NCBI GenBank assembly: GCA_050181835.1
Contig: JBFXCU010000007.1
Span: 24,888 to 88,887, forward strand
DNA: 64,000 nt
Reading direction: 5' to 3'
DNA from: Steroidobacteraceae bacterium
Lineage (GTDB): Bacteria; Pseudomonadota; Gammaproteobacteria; Steroidobacterales; Steroidobacteraceae
Part shown: one piece after another, positions 26,972-35,523 of the stretch
Numbering within the stretch: the first letter of the stretch is position 1
How the letters are laid out: each line of letters starts with the position of its first letter
Notes under the pieces: generated by a model
Seen by the model: the letters and a program-made list of their open reading frames with translations, nothing else
Databases searched by the model: none
Told to the model about the DNA's origin: nothing
Program-made: the position numbers and the translations under genes

Positions 26972-27781
26972 GTGTATAACCGACTGTGTCTGTTACCGTA
27001 CATACTGGCACGAAGTGAGCAGGGGACAATTCAGTATCAACAATGGGAAAAAGATAGTTACGTGACAAATATTCATAGTTCACAGCAGAATTACTTGTTG
27101 GCCGCTTTGCCAAGGGGTGACTTTGATCGCTTGCTACCGCACTTGAAACTAGTACAGATGCCATTAGCGGAGGTGTTGTACGAATCGGGTAGCAGCTTGC
27201 GTAATGTCTATTTTCCTACCACAGCAATCGTGTCGTTGCTGTACATGCTGGCTGATGGCTCTTCTGCCGAGATTGCAGTGGTGGGCAACGATGGCATCAT
27301 TGGGGTGTCATTGTTCATGGGTGGCGAAACGACCACCAATCGAGCTGTGGTACAAAGCGCTGGCCATGCGTATCGCTTGTCGAGCCAGCTGCTCAAGAAT
27401 GAGTTTACTCTCGGGGGGGCGATGCAGCATTTGTTGCTGCGCTATACGCAAGCGCTAATTACGCAAATGGCGCAAACCGCCGTGTGCAATCGACACCATT
27501 CCGTCGATCAGCAACTGTGCCGCTGGTTATTACTCAGCCTCGATCGTTTGCCCTCCAATGATTTGGTGATGACCCATGAATTGATATCCAACATGCTGGG
27601 CGTTCGTCGTGAAGGCGTTACCGAAGCCGCCGGTAAACTGCAGGGTGCCGGATTGATTCAATACAGTCGTGGTCGCATTACCGTGTTGGATCGTCCTAGC
27701 TTGGAAGCACGCAGTTGCGAATGTTACCGGGTGGTCAAGACCGAGTGCGATCGTCTGCTGCCCGATAAAGTGGCTACCTAA
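26972..27781 (+). CDS. Crp/Fnr-family transcriptional regulator (paralogue 1)
   Basis: It has a cNMP-binding-like beta-roll (YFPTTAIVSLLYMLADGSSAEIAVVGNDGIIGVSLFMGG) and a C-terminal HTH (THELISNMLGVRREGVTEAAGKLQGAGLIQYSRGRITVLD). The start is uncertain: GTG at 26972 or an in-frame GTG at 27062 just before NYLLAALP. Confidence 0.85.
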   Translation: MYNRLCLLPYILARSEQGTIQYQQWEKDSYVTNIHSSQQNYLLAALPRGDFDRLLPHLKLVQMPLAEVLYESGSSLRNVYFPTTAIVSLLYMLADGSSAEIAVVGNDGIIGVSLFMGGETTTNRAVVQSAGHAYRLSSQLLKNEFTLGGAMQHLLLRYTQALITQMAQTAVCNRHHSVDQQLCRWLLLSLDRLPSNDLVMTHELISNMLGVRREGVTEAAGKLQGAGLIQYSRGRITVLDRPSLEARSCECYRVVKTECDRLLPDKVAT

Positions 27782-27868
27782 GCCAAGATCTGGCAACAGA
27801 CCGGAAAACCGGCTGTATCTGCGACAACGACATTAGCTTTACCTGAATTATGCAGACAATCGGTTGCG

Positions 27869-28040
27869 GTGGAGATCAACACGTATTCCAGCGAACTGCG
27901 TGATCTGATAGTGGGCTACTTGCTGGCCGTGAATGACTTTATTCAGAAGCCGATGGATTGCGCAGCTTTCGCTAGGCTATCGAAAACGTGGGAATGTTCT
28001 GGTTAGCCGTAAACAAGCACCGCCGCCGAAGGTATTTACC
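27869..28040 (+). pseudogene. Decayed 3' fragment of a single-domain response-regulator (receiver) gene
   Basis: One frame reads VEINTYSSELRDLIVGYLLAVNDFIQKPMDCAAF, matching the alpha4-beta5 region of receivers (V.ILT.S....DI...Y.LGAN.YI.KP.D...F). The expected continuation ..IENVGMFWLAVNK.PPP appears only after two frame changes. The N-terminal half with the phospho-acceptor Asp is absent. Confidence 0.5.
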
Positions 28041-28189
28041 GATTCGCCTGTCCATTGGCTTTTGATACATGATGCAAAGTATGTGTGAGGGGGGCGCCAG
28101 CGATTATGTTCGTCAACGAACAGACAGGTAAATGACCAACTGATGTACTAACAACGCTCAACTTAGATTTCTACGGAGCCGAGCTGTTT

Positions 28190-30319
28190 GTGTTGCACAG
28201 AATATTGCTAATCCAAGCTGATTTAGACGACGCTCTTGCCGTTTGCAACAGCTTGTTGGCGATAACCGATGCGACCATTGAAATTGAATTGCTGTGGAGC
28301 TGTGCCGAGGGTGAACGATGCCTCGGTGTGGACTCAGGCGAGACAGTGGCTGGCATCACGGCGATTGTATACAACCTGTTTTTGCCAGACACACAGGGTA
28401 TTGATACCGTCGATAGACTCATTCGAGCGGCATCGCATGTTCCAATTCTGTTGCTCTGTAATTCTCAACACGAAGATGTTGCTAAACTAGCAATACAACG
28501 CGGTGCACATGACTATCTTTTGACAGAAGAAATCAATAGTGCCGCATTGGATAAATCACTGCGCGGCTTGCTTGGGCGTGTGGCGAGTATCAACGCTCTG
28601 TTTGAAGAAAAGGAGCGCGCCCAAGTCACGCTCAATTCCATTGGCGATGCGATTATCAGCGTTGACGTACGGGGTGATGTCACCTATCTCAATGTTATGG
28701 CCGAGACTTTGACCGGATGGTCAAACACTGAAGCAGTCGGCCAACCAAGCGACATGGTGCTGCAACTGATTGATGCAACGACGCGACACCGCGTGCCAAA
28801 TCCATTAATAGCAGCGATTCTCATGAATGAGGCGGTGGCTCTGCCGCAGAACAATGCATGTATTCGACGTGACGGTGTGGAAACGGCCATCGAAGATTCC
28901 TGCACGCCGATCCATGATCGCCATGGGCAGCTAACTGGCGCGGTCATGGTGTTTCATGATGTCGGCGTGGCGCGCGCACAGTCGCAGCGAATGTCGCACA
29001 TGGCACATCATGATGGGCTCACGGACTTACCCTATAGTGACTTATTCGACGATCGGCTGACACAGGCTATGGCATTAGCGTATCGCCATGGACAGAAACT
29101 TTCGCTGATATTTCTCGACATAGATCGCTTCAAGCACGTGAACGACTCGCTCGGGCACATCCAGGGAGATCTGCTGTTGAAATCAGTCACAGAACGGCTG
29201 CTCGCTTGCGTGCGCAACACCGATACGGTCAGTAGGCGGGGAGGTGATGAATTTGTCATCCTTCTGTCGGAAGTGGTGAAGGCTGAAGACGCCAGTATCT
29301 GTGCCGAAAAAATACTTGCAGCTTTGAGCGCGCCGCATTGTATCGGCCACAGTATGGTGCAAGTCACGGCAAGCATGGGCATTGCCACTTTTCCGGACGA
29401 TGGCATCGAGGCAGAGTCCCTGCTAAGGAACGCAGATGCTGCGATGTACCATGCCAAGAAGCTTGGTCGGAGCCGTTATCAATTATACAAACCAGCACTG
29501 AACGCACAGGTCGTAGAGCGGCAGGCTGTTGAGAACGACTTGCGTCGGGCCGTTGCCCAAAATGAGTTCACTCTGCACTACCAGCCTAAAATCGATCTAA
29601 ACACCGGCGACATCATTGGTGTGGAGGCGCTGGTTCGCTGGCGTCACCCGTTGCATGGTCTGGTTCTGCCACAGGCTTTCATGGTTGTAGCAGAAGCAAC
29701 CGGATTGATTGTACCGATAGGCCGTTGGGTGTTGCGCGAAGCCTGTCAACAAGCACGGTATTGGCGCGACGCCGGGTTGCCGACACTACGCATGGCGATC
29801 AATGTGTCGCCGCAGGAGCTTCGATCTGACTATTTTATAACTGACGTGTGCGCGGAGTTGCTGGAGACCGGGATGGAACCATCAGACTTGGAGTTCGAAC
29901 TGACCGAATCCGTGCTTCTGCATGATTCGAATCAAATTGTAGCGACACTGCAAGCGCTCAGGAAGCTGGGCGTTCATCTGGCGTTGGATGACTTTGGCGT
30001 CGGTCGTTCAAGTTTGAGTGATCTGAAGCGGCTGCCTATCGACACATTGATCCTAGCTCCTTCCATTGTGCGTCAGCTTGGCGTAGCGACCGAGGATTCC
30101 GATATTTTCGCCAATGCTATCGGCGCAGTGATTGGTATGAGTATGAACATGAAGATGCGAGTGGTGGGCAAGGGCATAGAAACGCATCAAGAACTGCTGT
30201 TCCTGCGATCGCGCCGATGCGCGGTTGGACAGGGTCTATATTTCAGTCAACCGTTGGTGGCACCTGAGATCACCAAGCTGCTCGAAGCAGTAGTGCAGAC
30301 GCAACGCATGCTGGCCTGA
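28190..30319 (+). CDS. REC(atypical)-PAS-GGDEF-EAL c-di-GMP signalling protein
   Basis: The 709-aa ORF has a receiver-like N-domain (LLIQADLDD...NLFLPDTQG) and a PAS domain (LNSIGDAIISVDVRGDVTYLNVMAETLTGW). The GGDEF domain (RRGGDEF) is preceded by RNTD (RxxD). The EAL domain has EALVRW, ELTES and DDFGVG. Confidence 0.92.
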   Translation: MLHRILLIQADLDDALAVCNSLLAITDATIEIELLWSCAEGERCLGVDSGETVAGITAIVYNLFLPDTQGIDTVDRLIRAASHVPILLLCNSQHEDVAKLAIQRGAHDYLLTEEINSAALDKSLRGLLGRVASINALFEEKERAQVTLNSIGDAIISVDVRGDVTYLNVMAETLTGWSNTEAVGQPSDMVLQLIDATTRHRVPNPLIAAILMNEAVALPQNNACIRRDGVETAIEDSCTPIHDRHGQLTGAVMVFHDVGVARAQSQRMSHMAHHDGLTDLPYSDLFDDRLTQAMALAYRHGQKLSLIFLDIDRFKHVNDSLGHIQGDLLLKSVTERLLACVRNTDTVSRRGGDEFVILLSEVVKAEDASICAEKILAALSAPHCIGHSMVQVTASMGIATFPDDGIEAESLLRNADAAMYHAKKLGRSRYQLYKPALNAQVVERQAVENDLRRAVAQNEFTLHYQPKIDLNTGDIIGVEALVRWRHPLHGLVLPQAFMVVAEATGLIVPIGRWVLREACQQARYWRDAGLPTLRMAINVSPQELRSDYFITDVCAELLETGMEPSDLEFELTESVLLHDSNQIVATLQALRKLGVHLALDDFGVGRSSLSDLKRLPIDTLILAPSIVRQLGVATEDSDIFANAIGAVIGMSMNMKMRVVGKGIETHQELLFLRSRRCAVGQGLYFSQPLVAPEITKLLEAVVQTQRMLA

Positions 30320-30429
30320 CTATACCCACCCTGTTCAATACAGATGTTGCGGTTTGAATTAGCTGTCGCACAGGATTACGGCAAAGCTGATGCTAGAGTG
30401 CATATCAGTAAATAAAGCAGGAGAGACCG

Positions 30430-31182
30430 CTACGCAGCAGCATTAGCCACAATCTGGCGGTAACTCGTATCGAGCGAGCCGCCCATTTCTCTGCGGACGA
30501 CGGCGTAACACTCACAAACGTGAGTTTCTAGACCGCTCCGGTCGGATACCGCAATATGGCCACGTCGGTAACGAATCAAACCGGCACGTTGCAGGTTGCC
30601 GGCGGCTTCAGTAATGCTCTCGCGACGCACGCCGAGAGTAGTCGCCACCAAGTCCTGAGTCAGAACCAAATCGTCACATGGCAATCGATCCAGCGTCATC
30701 AACAACCACCGGCATAGTTGTTGCTCTATCGAATGATGTCGATTGCAGGCACCGGTCTGCGCTATCTGGGCGAGCAGCACCTGAGCGTAACGCAGCAGCA
30801 GGTTCAAGATCATACTGTGTTTCTTGATTTCATTTTTCAGTGCTATCGCCTTGAGCCGATAGGCATGTCCAGCTGTCTGTACCACTGCTGTGTTGAGTGT
30901 GGAGTCACCGCCAATTGCGAGCGTGATGCCAAGCATGCCTTCGTTGCCAACACTTGCGACTTCAGTGCAGGAACCAGATTTCAAAAAGTATAACAATGAC
31001 ACAATGGCGGTGGTGGGGAAGTAGACATACGGCATCTGACTGCCGGATTGGTAAAGCGTTTCACCGAGTCGCATCGGCACCAGCTCCAGATCGGGTGCTA
31101 GGCGCGCGTACATCGCCGCAGGTAGCGCGGCGAGCAGACGGTTTTGAGTGGGCTTGGGAGTGATATTGGTTAGTATCGGCAT
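30430..31182 (-). CDS. Crp/Fnr-family transcriptional regulator (paralogue 2)
   Basis: The 250-aa ORF has NRLLAALP, YFPTTAIVSLLYFLKSGSCTEVASVGNEGMLG and an HTH (TQDLVATTLGVRRESITEAAGNLQRAGLIRYRRGHIAV). It lies 19 nt downstream of the REC-PAS gene on the same strand. Confidence 0.88.
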   Translation of the reverse strand: MPILTNITPKPTQNRLLAALPAAMYARLAPDLELVPMRLGETLYQSGSQMPYVYFPTTAIVSLLYFLKSGSCTEVASVGNEGMLGITLAIGGDSTLNTAVVQTAGHAYRLKAIALKNEIKKHSMILNLLLRYAQVLLAQIAQTGACNRHHSIEQQLCRWLLMTLDRLPCDDLVLTQDLVATTLGVRRESITEAAGNLQRAGLIRYRRGHIAVSDRSGLETHVCECYAVVRREMGGSLDTSYRQIVANAAA

Positions 31183-31201
31183 GACAAATAATCAGAGAGC
31201 A

Positions 31202-32032
31202 TTACTTTTTTGCGGTCAGTTCGATGCCGATGCCGCGATAACCGACGAAACGGCAGGTCTGGTTGAACATCGGCTCGCCACTGACTTGAAATTGTTGTAG
31301 CGAACCATCGGTGTTGATACGGCTGAATACGAAATCCAGGAACGGTTCCCGGTTGGCAATCTTGGCCTGTAGCTCGGCTCGCTCGGCCTTATTCCAGCCC
31401 GTCGTTGTATTGTTGTCATGATTAGCAGCAGTGCTCACAAAAGAATCGACGCGAATGCCCAGCATTTCCAGCACCGGACCCGAGACCTTGGTGAAGCTGC
31501 CCGTCTCGTCCTGCTCCCAATACCAATCGGAAGCCAGTTCGGTCAGGCTGCGATAACGCGCTTCGCTCTCCCGCAATTCTGCGGTACGTTCTTTCACGAC
31601 TTGTTCCAGCAGTTCATTGTGTTTCTCAAGCTGCTTGTACAGCAGTCGTACTTCGAGCATGTTGTGGATGCGTGTTTTGACTTCGACCAGATCGAAGGGC
31701 TTGCTGATGAAGTCCTTGGCGCCAGCTTGTAACGCGCGCAGCTTGTGAGCAGGCTGTGCCGTAAGCACAATGACCGGCAGATAGCCATCGGCATCGTTTG
31801 CCTTGAGCATTTCCATCACCTGAAAACCATCCATGGTTGGCATTTGCAGGTCGAGCAGTATCAGATCGTAGCGATGCCTTCGGTGCAGAGCGCACACATC
31901 CTGCGGATTGTTTGTAGCAGTCACAGCGGTGTAATTAGCGTCACTCAGCAATTGCTGTAGCAAGGCAACATTCGCATCCTGATCGTCAACGATAAGGATG
32001 CTGGCATTGAGAATGTTGTATGTATCAATCAT
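31202..32032 (-). CDS. Response regulator with a REC domain and a C-terminal PAS domain (no DNA-binding or enzymatic output)
   Basis: The receiver motifs are ILIVDDQ, DLILLDLQMPTMDG, VIVLTA and KDFISKP. A coiled linker is followed by PAS (LASDWYWEQDETGSF...FVGYRGIGIELT). The start overlaps the kinase stop (ATGA). Confidence 0.88.
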   Translation of the reverse strand: MIDTYNILNASILIVDDQDANVALLQQLLSDANYTAVTATNNPQDVCALHRRHRYDLILLDLQMPTMDGFQVMEMLKANDADGYLPVIVLTAQPAHKLRALQAGAKDFISKPFDLVEVKTRIHNMLEVRLLYKQLEKHNELLEQVVKERTAELRESEARYRSLTELASDWYWEQDETGSFTKVSGPVLEMLGIRVDSFVSTAANHDNNTTTGWNKAERAELQAKIANREPFLDFVFSRINTDGSLQQFQVSGEPMFNQTCRFVGYRGIGIELTAKK

Positions 32033-33831
32033 GCTGGATTTCCCTGAGTGATACCATCAGCCCGCACCACCATGGCGGGCGATTTGGTGGCGGTAAAAGT
32101 CAATGCCATATCCAGCGTATTCATGAATTCGACGACGTTGATGGGCTTGGTAAGATAGCGAAAGAAACCAGCTTCCAGGCCCTTGCTGATATCGTGAGGC
32201 ATGGCATTGGCACTGAGCGCAATTACTGGAATGTGAGCCGTAATCGGGTTTTCCGCGAGGATGTGTAGTGCCCTGATGCCGCTGATGCCCGGTAGATTGA
32301 TATCCATCAGGATGACATCCGGCACGGAAGACAGTGCCAACTCGACACCACGAATACCATCGTTTGCACTCAACAGGCGGAGGTTGTCGCGGCGCGCGAC
32401 CAGATCTTCGATCAGCATTAGGTTGGCAGGATTGTCTTCAACATACAGGAGCGTACGCAATGGTAGATTGGCGCTACTCAGCAACTGTGTGCTGCTCAAG
32501 CGCGCGATTGTGCCAGCGACATGTTGTCGTTCCGCTGTGAGATTCAGCTCAACCCAAAACACGCTGCCCTTACCAACCGTGCTTTCGACACCGATGACGC
32601 CACCCATCAATTCGACCAACCGCTTGGTCGTTACTAAGCCAATTCCCGTGCCTTGTTCGGTCCTGTGCTCTTGTCCGAGGCGGTTGAAAGGCTGGAACAG
32701 CTGCGTCAACTGATCTGGCGTCAAGCCCTCGCCGGTGTCCTCGATACCGATGCGGATGCGCCCCGTAGTGCTGGCGTCGTACACCACCACAACCGATCCA
32801 CCCATCCTGTTGTACTTGATCGCGTTGGACAGCAGATTGATGAATACCTGTTTTACACGCGTGCGGTCGGCCTTGACGAAGTACGGTATTGCAAAAGGCT
32901 GGAACGCCACGCTGATACCGCGCTTTTGCGCCTCCGGTTCGATCATCAACTGGCATTCACGCATGACTTCAACCAGCGACATTGGTTCCGGCGATAGCGA
33001 CAGTTTGCCAGACTCGATTTGCGCCAGATCGAGCACCTCATTGATCAGTTCCAGCAGGTACCAACCCGCCTTGAGAATCTGATCCAGGCTACGCTTCTGT
33101 TTTGGCGTTGGCAGCGGTGTGCCTGAATCGATCAGTTGCGCGAAGCCGAGAATGGCGTTCAACGGCGTGCGCAGCTCATGGCTCATACTGGACAAAAAGT
33201 CAGACTTCGCGAGGTTTGCATCTTCTGCCAAGGCTATGGCGTGGTGCAATTTTAATTCAACCTGCTTGCGTACGGAGTTATCAGTACCGATCAATAGATA
33301 CCCGATGACTTCGTTGTGGTCACTGCGTAACGCCGTGATCGACACGATCGCTGGAAAGCGGCTGCCGTCCTTGCAGATGTAAGTTAGTTCATAGTTGTCT
33401 TCGATGCCGCGCGAAGCTTTGAACGCCAATGCCTCGAAGCCCGGGGAAATAGACGTGCCCAGTTCCAGGCTCAATGCCTGCGCACGCGCCATGACTTCTT
33501 CCGGATCATGAATGTCGCTAGGGCTGATCTTGTTTACCACTTCTGCCGCGAGGTAACCCAGCATACGTTCGGCACCGACATTGAATAGTTGAATGATGCC
33601 TTTTTCGTCGGTGGCGATAATCGAAAAATTGGCGCTGGTCAGGATCGCAGTCTGCAATGCCCCGGTTTTCAGCAAAGCCTTCTGACGCAGTGTCTCCGTG
33701 GGGTTGTCGACATGCTCGGCATTGTTTATCACGGCGGTATGGTTCTGACGATCAATCATTGCCGACCTCTGTTGAGTTTTAATTGTGGAGTACGAGCGTG
33801 CGTCGCCACTCAGGATAGGCGGGTACGACAT
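32029..33831 (-). CDS. Soluble hybrid sensor histidine kinase (PAS-HisKA-HATPase_c-REC)
   Basis: No TM segment is present. It has a PAS domain (FSIIATDEKGIIQLFNVGAERMLGY) and an H-box (SHELRTPLNAILGF). The N, G1 and G2 boxes are LLSNAIKYN, IEDTGEGL and GTGIGL. The C-terminal receiver has LYVEDN and DVILMDINLPGISG. Confidence 0.92.
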   Translation of the reverse strand: MSYPPILSGDARSYSTIKTQQRSAMIDRQNHTAVINNAEHVDNPTETLRQKALLKTGALQTAILTSANFSIIATDEKGIIQLFNVGAERMLGYLAAEVVNKISPSDIHDPEEVMARAQALSLELGTSISPGFEALAFKASRGIEDNYELTYICKDGSRFPAIVSITALRSDHNEVIGYLLIGTDNSVRKQVELKLHHAIALAEDANLAKSDFLSSMSHELRTPLNAILGFAQLIDSGTPLPTPKQKRSLDQILKAGWYLLELINEVLDLAQIESGKLSLSPEPMSLVEVMRECQLMIEPEAQKRGISVAFQPFAIPYFVKADRTRVKQVFINLLSNAIKYNRMGGSVVVVYDASTTGRIRIGIEDTGEGLTPDQLTQLFQPFNRLGQEHRTEQGTGIGLVTTKRLVELMGGVIGVESTVGKGSVFWVELNLTAERQHVAGTIARLSSTQLLSSANLPLRTLLYVEDNPANLMLIEDLVARRDNLRLLSANDGIRGVELALSSVPDVILMDINLPGISGIRALHILAENPITAHIPVIALSANAMPHDISKGLEAGFFRYLTKPINVVEFMNTLDMALTFTATKSPAMVVRADGITQGNPA

Positions 33832-34159
33832 GTGCTCGACACAACTTGGTGCTCGTTGCGAAACGTTCGCCGCTTATATGGGCAATATCCCTTCCGCGTC
33901 CGTACGGCAACGCACATAGTGAGCTTGTAAATAGAGTAGTTACACGAATTGGTATTTCCTGAAGCCATCAGGCCACAGACTCGCTAGCTATTCCCAAGTA
34001 GGTTCGTCGCCGTACAGACGGACTCTAGACATTGCGAACATAGTATCGGTATCGATCAACCTGAGCTGGGTTGCTCAATATCGTAGGTCGCGAACGACGT
34101 CGCCAATAAGGGTTGTTCGGGGAACCCAACTTTGCAGTGTTCAATGGAGATTTGAGATT

Positions 34160-34708
34160 ATGAAATTACGCAATTTATCGGCCGTCATCGGCATCGCTAG
34201 CTTGGCGCTATTTGTCAGCACGGCTTCAATTGCTGCCACCAAGGCAGAAATTGATGTCAGCGTTGTCGAAGCACTCAAGCAATTCCATACCCTTAGCCCA
34301 GCGAATGCCGACCTGCAGAAACGCTCGACTGGCATGTTGGTGTTTCCGCGCGTGACCAAGGGTGGTGCAGGCATCGCCGGCGAATATGGTGAAGGCGTCC
34401 TGCAAATTAAAGGCAAGACGGTTGGCTATTACAGCATGGCTTCCGCATCGATTGGCCTTACTCTCGGCGCGGCCAAACGTAGCGAGATCGTCATGTTCAT
34501 GAATCAGGAAACGCTTGATAAATTCAATGCCAGCAAAGGCTGGTCTATCGGCGCCGATACCGGGGTTGCGCTGGTATCTAAAGGTGTGGGTGGCGAGTAC
34601 GACAGCAAGACCTTGCAGCGGCCGATCCTTGGCTTCGTATTCGGCGAAAAGGGTCTGATGGCCGATTTGTCCCTAGAAGGATCGAAGATCAATAAGCTCG
34701 AAAGATAA
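34160..34708 (+). CDS. Secreted SYLF/DUF500 (Ysc84-like) lipid-binding domain protein
   Basis: The 182-aa ORF has a signal peptide (MKLRNLSAVIGIASLALFVSTASIAA) and SYLF-type motifs (GGAGIAGEYGEGVL...SIGLTLGA...GWSIGADTGVA...GLMADLSLEGSKI). Confidence 0.8.
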   Translation: MKLRNLSAVIGIASLALFVSTASIAATKAEIDVSVVEALKQFHTLSPANADLQKRSTGMLVFPRVTKGGAGIAGEYGEGVLQIKGKTVGYYSMASASIGLTLGAAKRSEIVMFMNQETLDKFNASKGWSIGADTGVALVSKGVGGEYDSKTLQRPILGFVFGEKGLMADLSLEGSKINKLER

Positions 34709-34899
34709 TATAGGGCTTAGTACTTGCTTGTCACTGGAGGCGAAGCGTCAGTTGCTTTGCCTCCTGCTTGGCATTCTCGCGAAGGCCAAGGCATTCGTAT
34801 CGCAATGTATGATACCGAACATACGATCAATTCAGATGAGTTCAACATGCTAGGCGCATTGATTTCAGCTTGGGCAATGAGGATTGAAAGGGAGGTCGT

Positions 34900-35148
34900 A
34901 TGTCAGCAAGAATCGGCAAGCCTATATCTTCCTCAGCGCGAGTCGCTGGACTGGCATGTATATTCCTGTCTGGAGTCGGCGTAGCTACTGTCATGAATCA
35001 TCTACCGGATATGTTCGGAAATGTAGCTGCATCGTCTTGCAGTGTGTGTCGAACCAGTGTCTGCAACTCGGTCGTAACCACTATGGAGCCATTACTCACT
35101 ACGGTAGCCGGTTCAGCAGCGCCAGTGCCAGTTTCGGTCCGCTTCTAG
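34900..35148 (+). CDS. Possible small exported Cys-containing protein (82 aa), unknown family
   Basis: A strong RBS (GGGAGG, 5 nt, ATG) precedes a hydrophobic N-terminus (RVAGLACIFLSGVGVATVM). The mature part has three Cys (SSCSVCRTSVCNS). No homology was recognised. Confidence 0.35.
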   Translation: MSARIGKPISSSARVAGLACIFLSGVGVATVMNHLPDMFGNVAASSCSVCRTSVCNSVVTTMEPLLTTVAGSAAPVPVSVRF

Positions 35149-35523
35149 CGCTATTACTTCTGGCCGGGAAACGTGACCAGCAAGTTTGATAGCCCGTCAG
35201 CGTGTTCTTATTCCACTGCCGATTGCCTTCCAGCGGACGGCGGGTAGGCCGGTCATGCTCCAGCGAATCACCTTTCAAGCATTCAGCATGACTGTGTTCG
35301 GCAAGCCAATCTGGCGAAAAATCAGGCGTACCAGCTTCAATTTAGAATGCTTGTACCTCCAGTGTACGCTAGCGAACAGAGCTAGGAAGTTTGTGGGCTT
35401 ATGCTTACAAAACATAAGTGAAGTGACTAGACCTCAGGCAGCACTGCCGACTCTCTTTGGCCGCGAGTTGGGATTTCCACTGGCAACAGTCCAGAGGCCC
35501 AATCACGATTCGATGAGAGCTCC

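Noticed and set aside
34724-34984. An 86-aa plus-strand ORF starting with TTG after the SYLF gene.
   Set aside because: It has no RBS. It overlaps the better-supported 34900 ORF in another frame and has no recognisable motif.
35398-35418. The inverted repeat CTTATG-N9-CATAAG upstream of the third Crp-like gene, and TTGAT-like half-sites near 35186 and 28055, considered as CRP/FNR boxes.
   Set aside because: None matches TTGAT-N4-ATCAA or TGTGA-N6-TCACA in both halves. The 6-bp arms are AT-rich and expected by chance.
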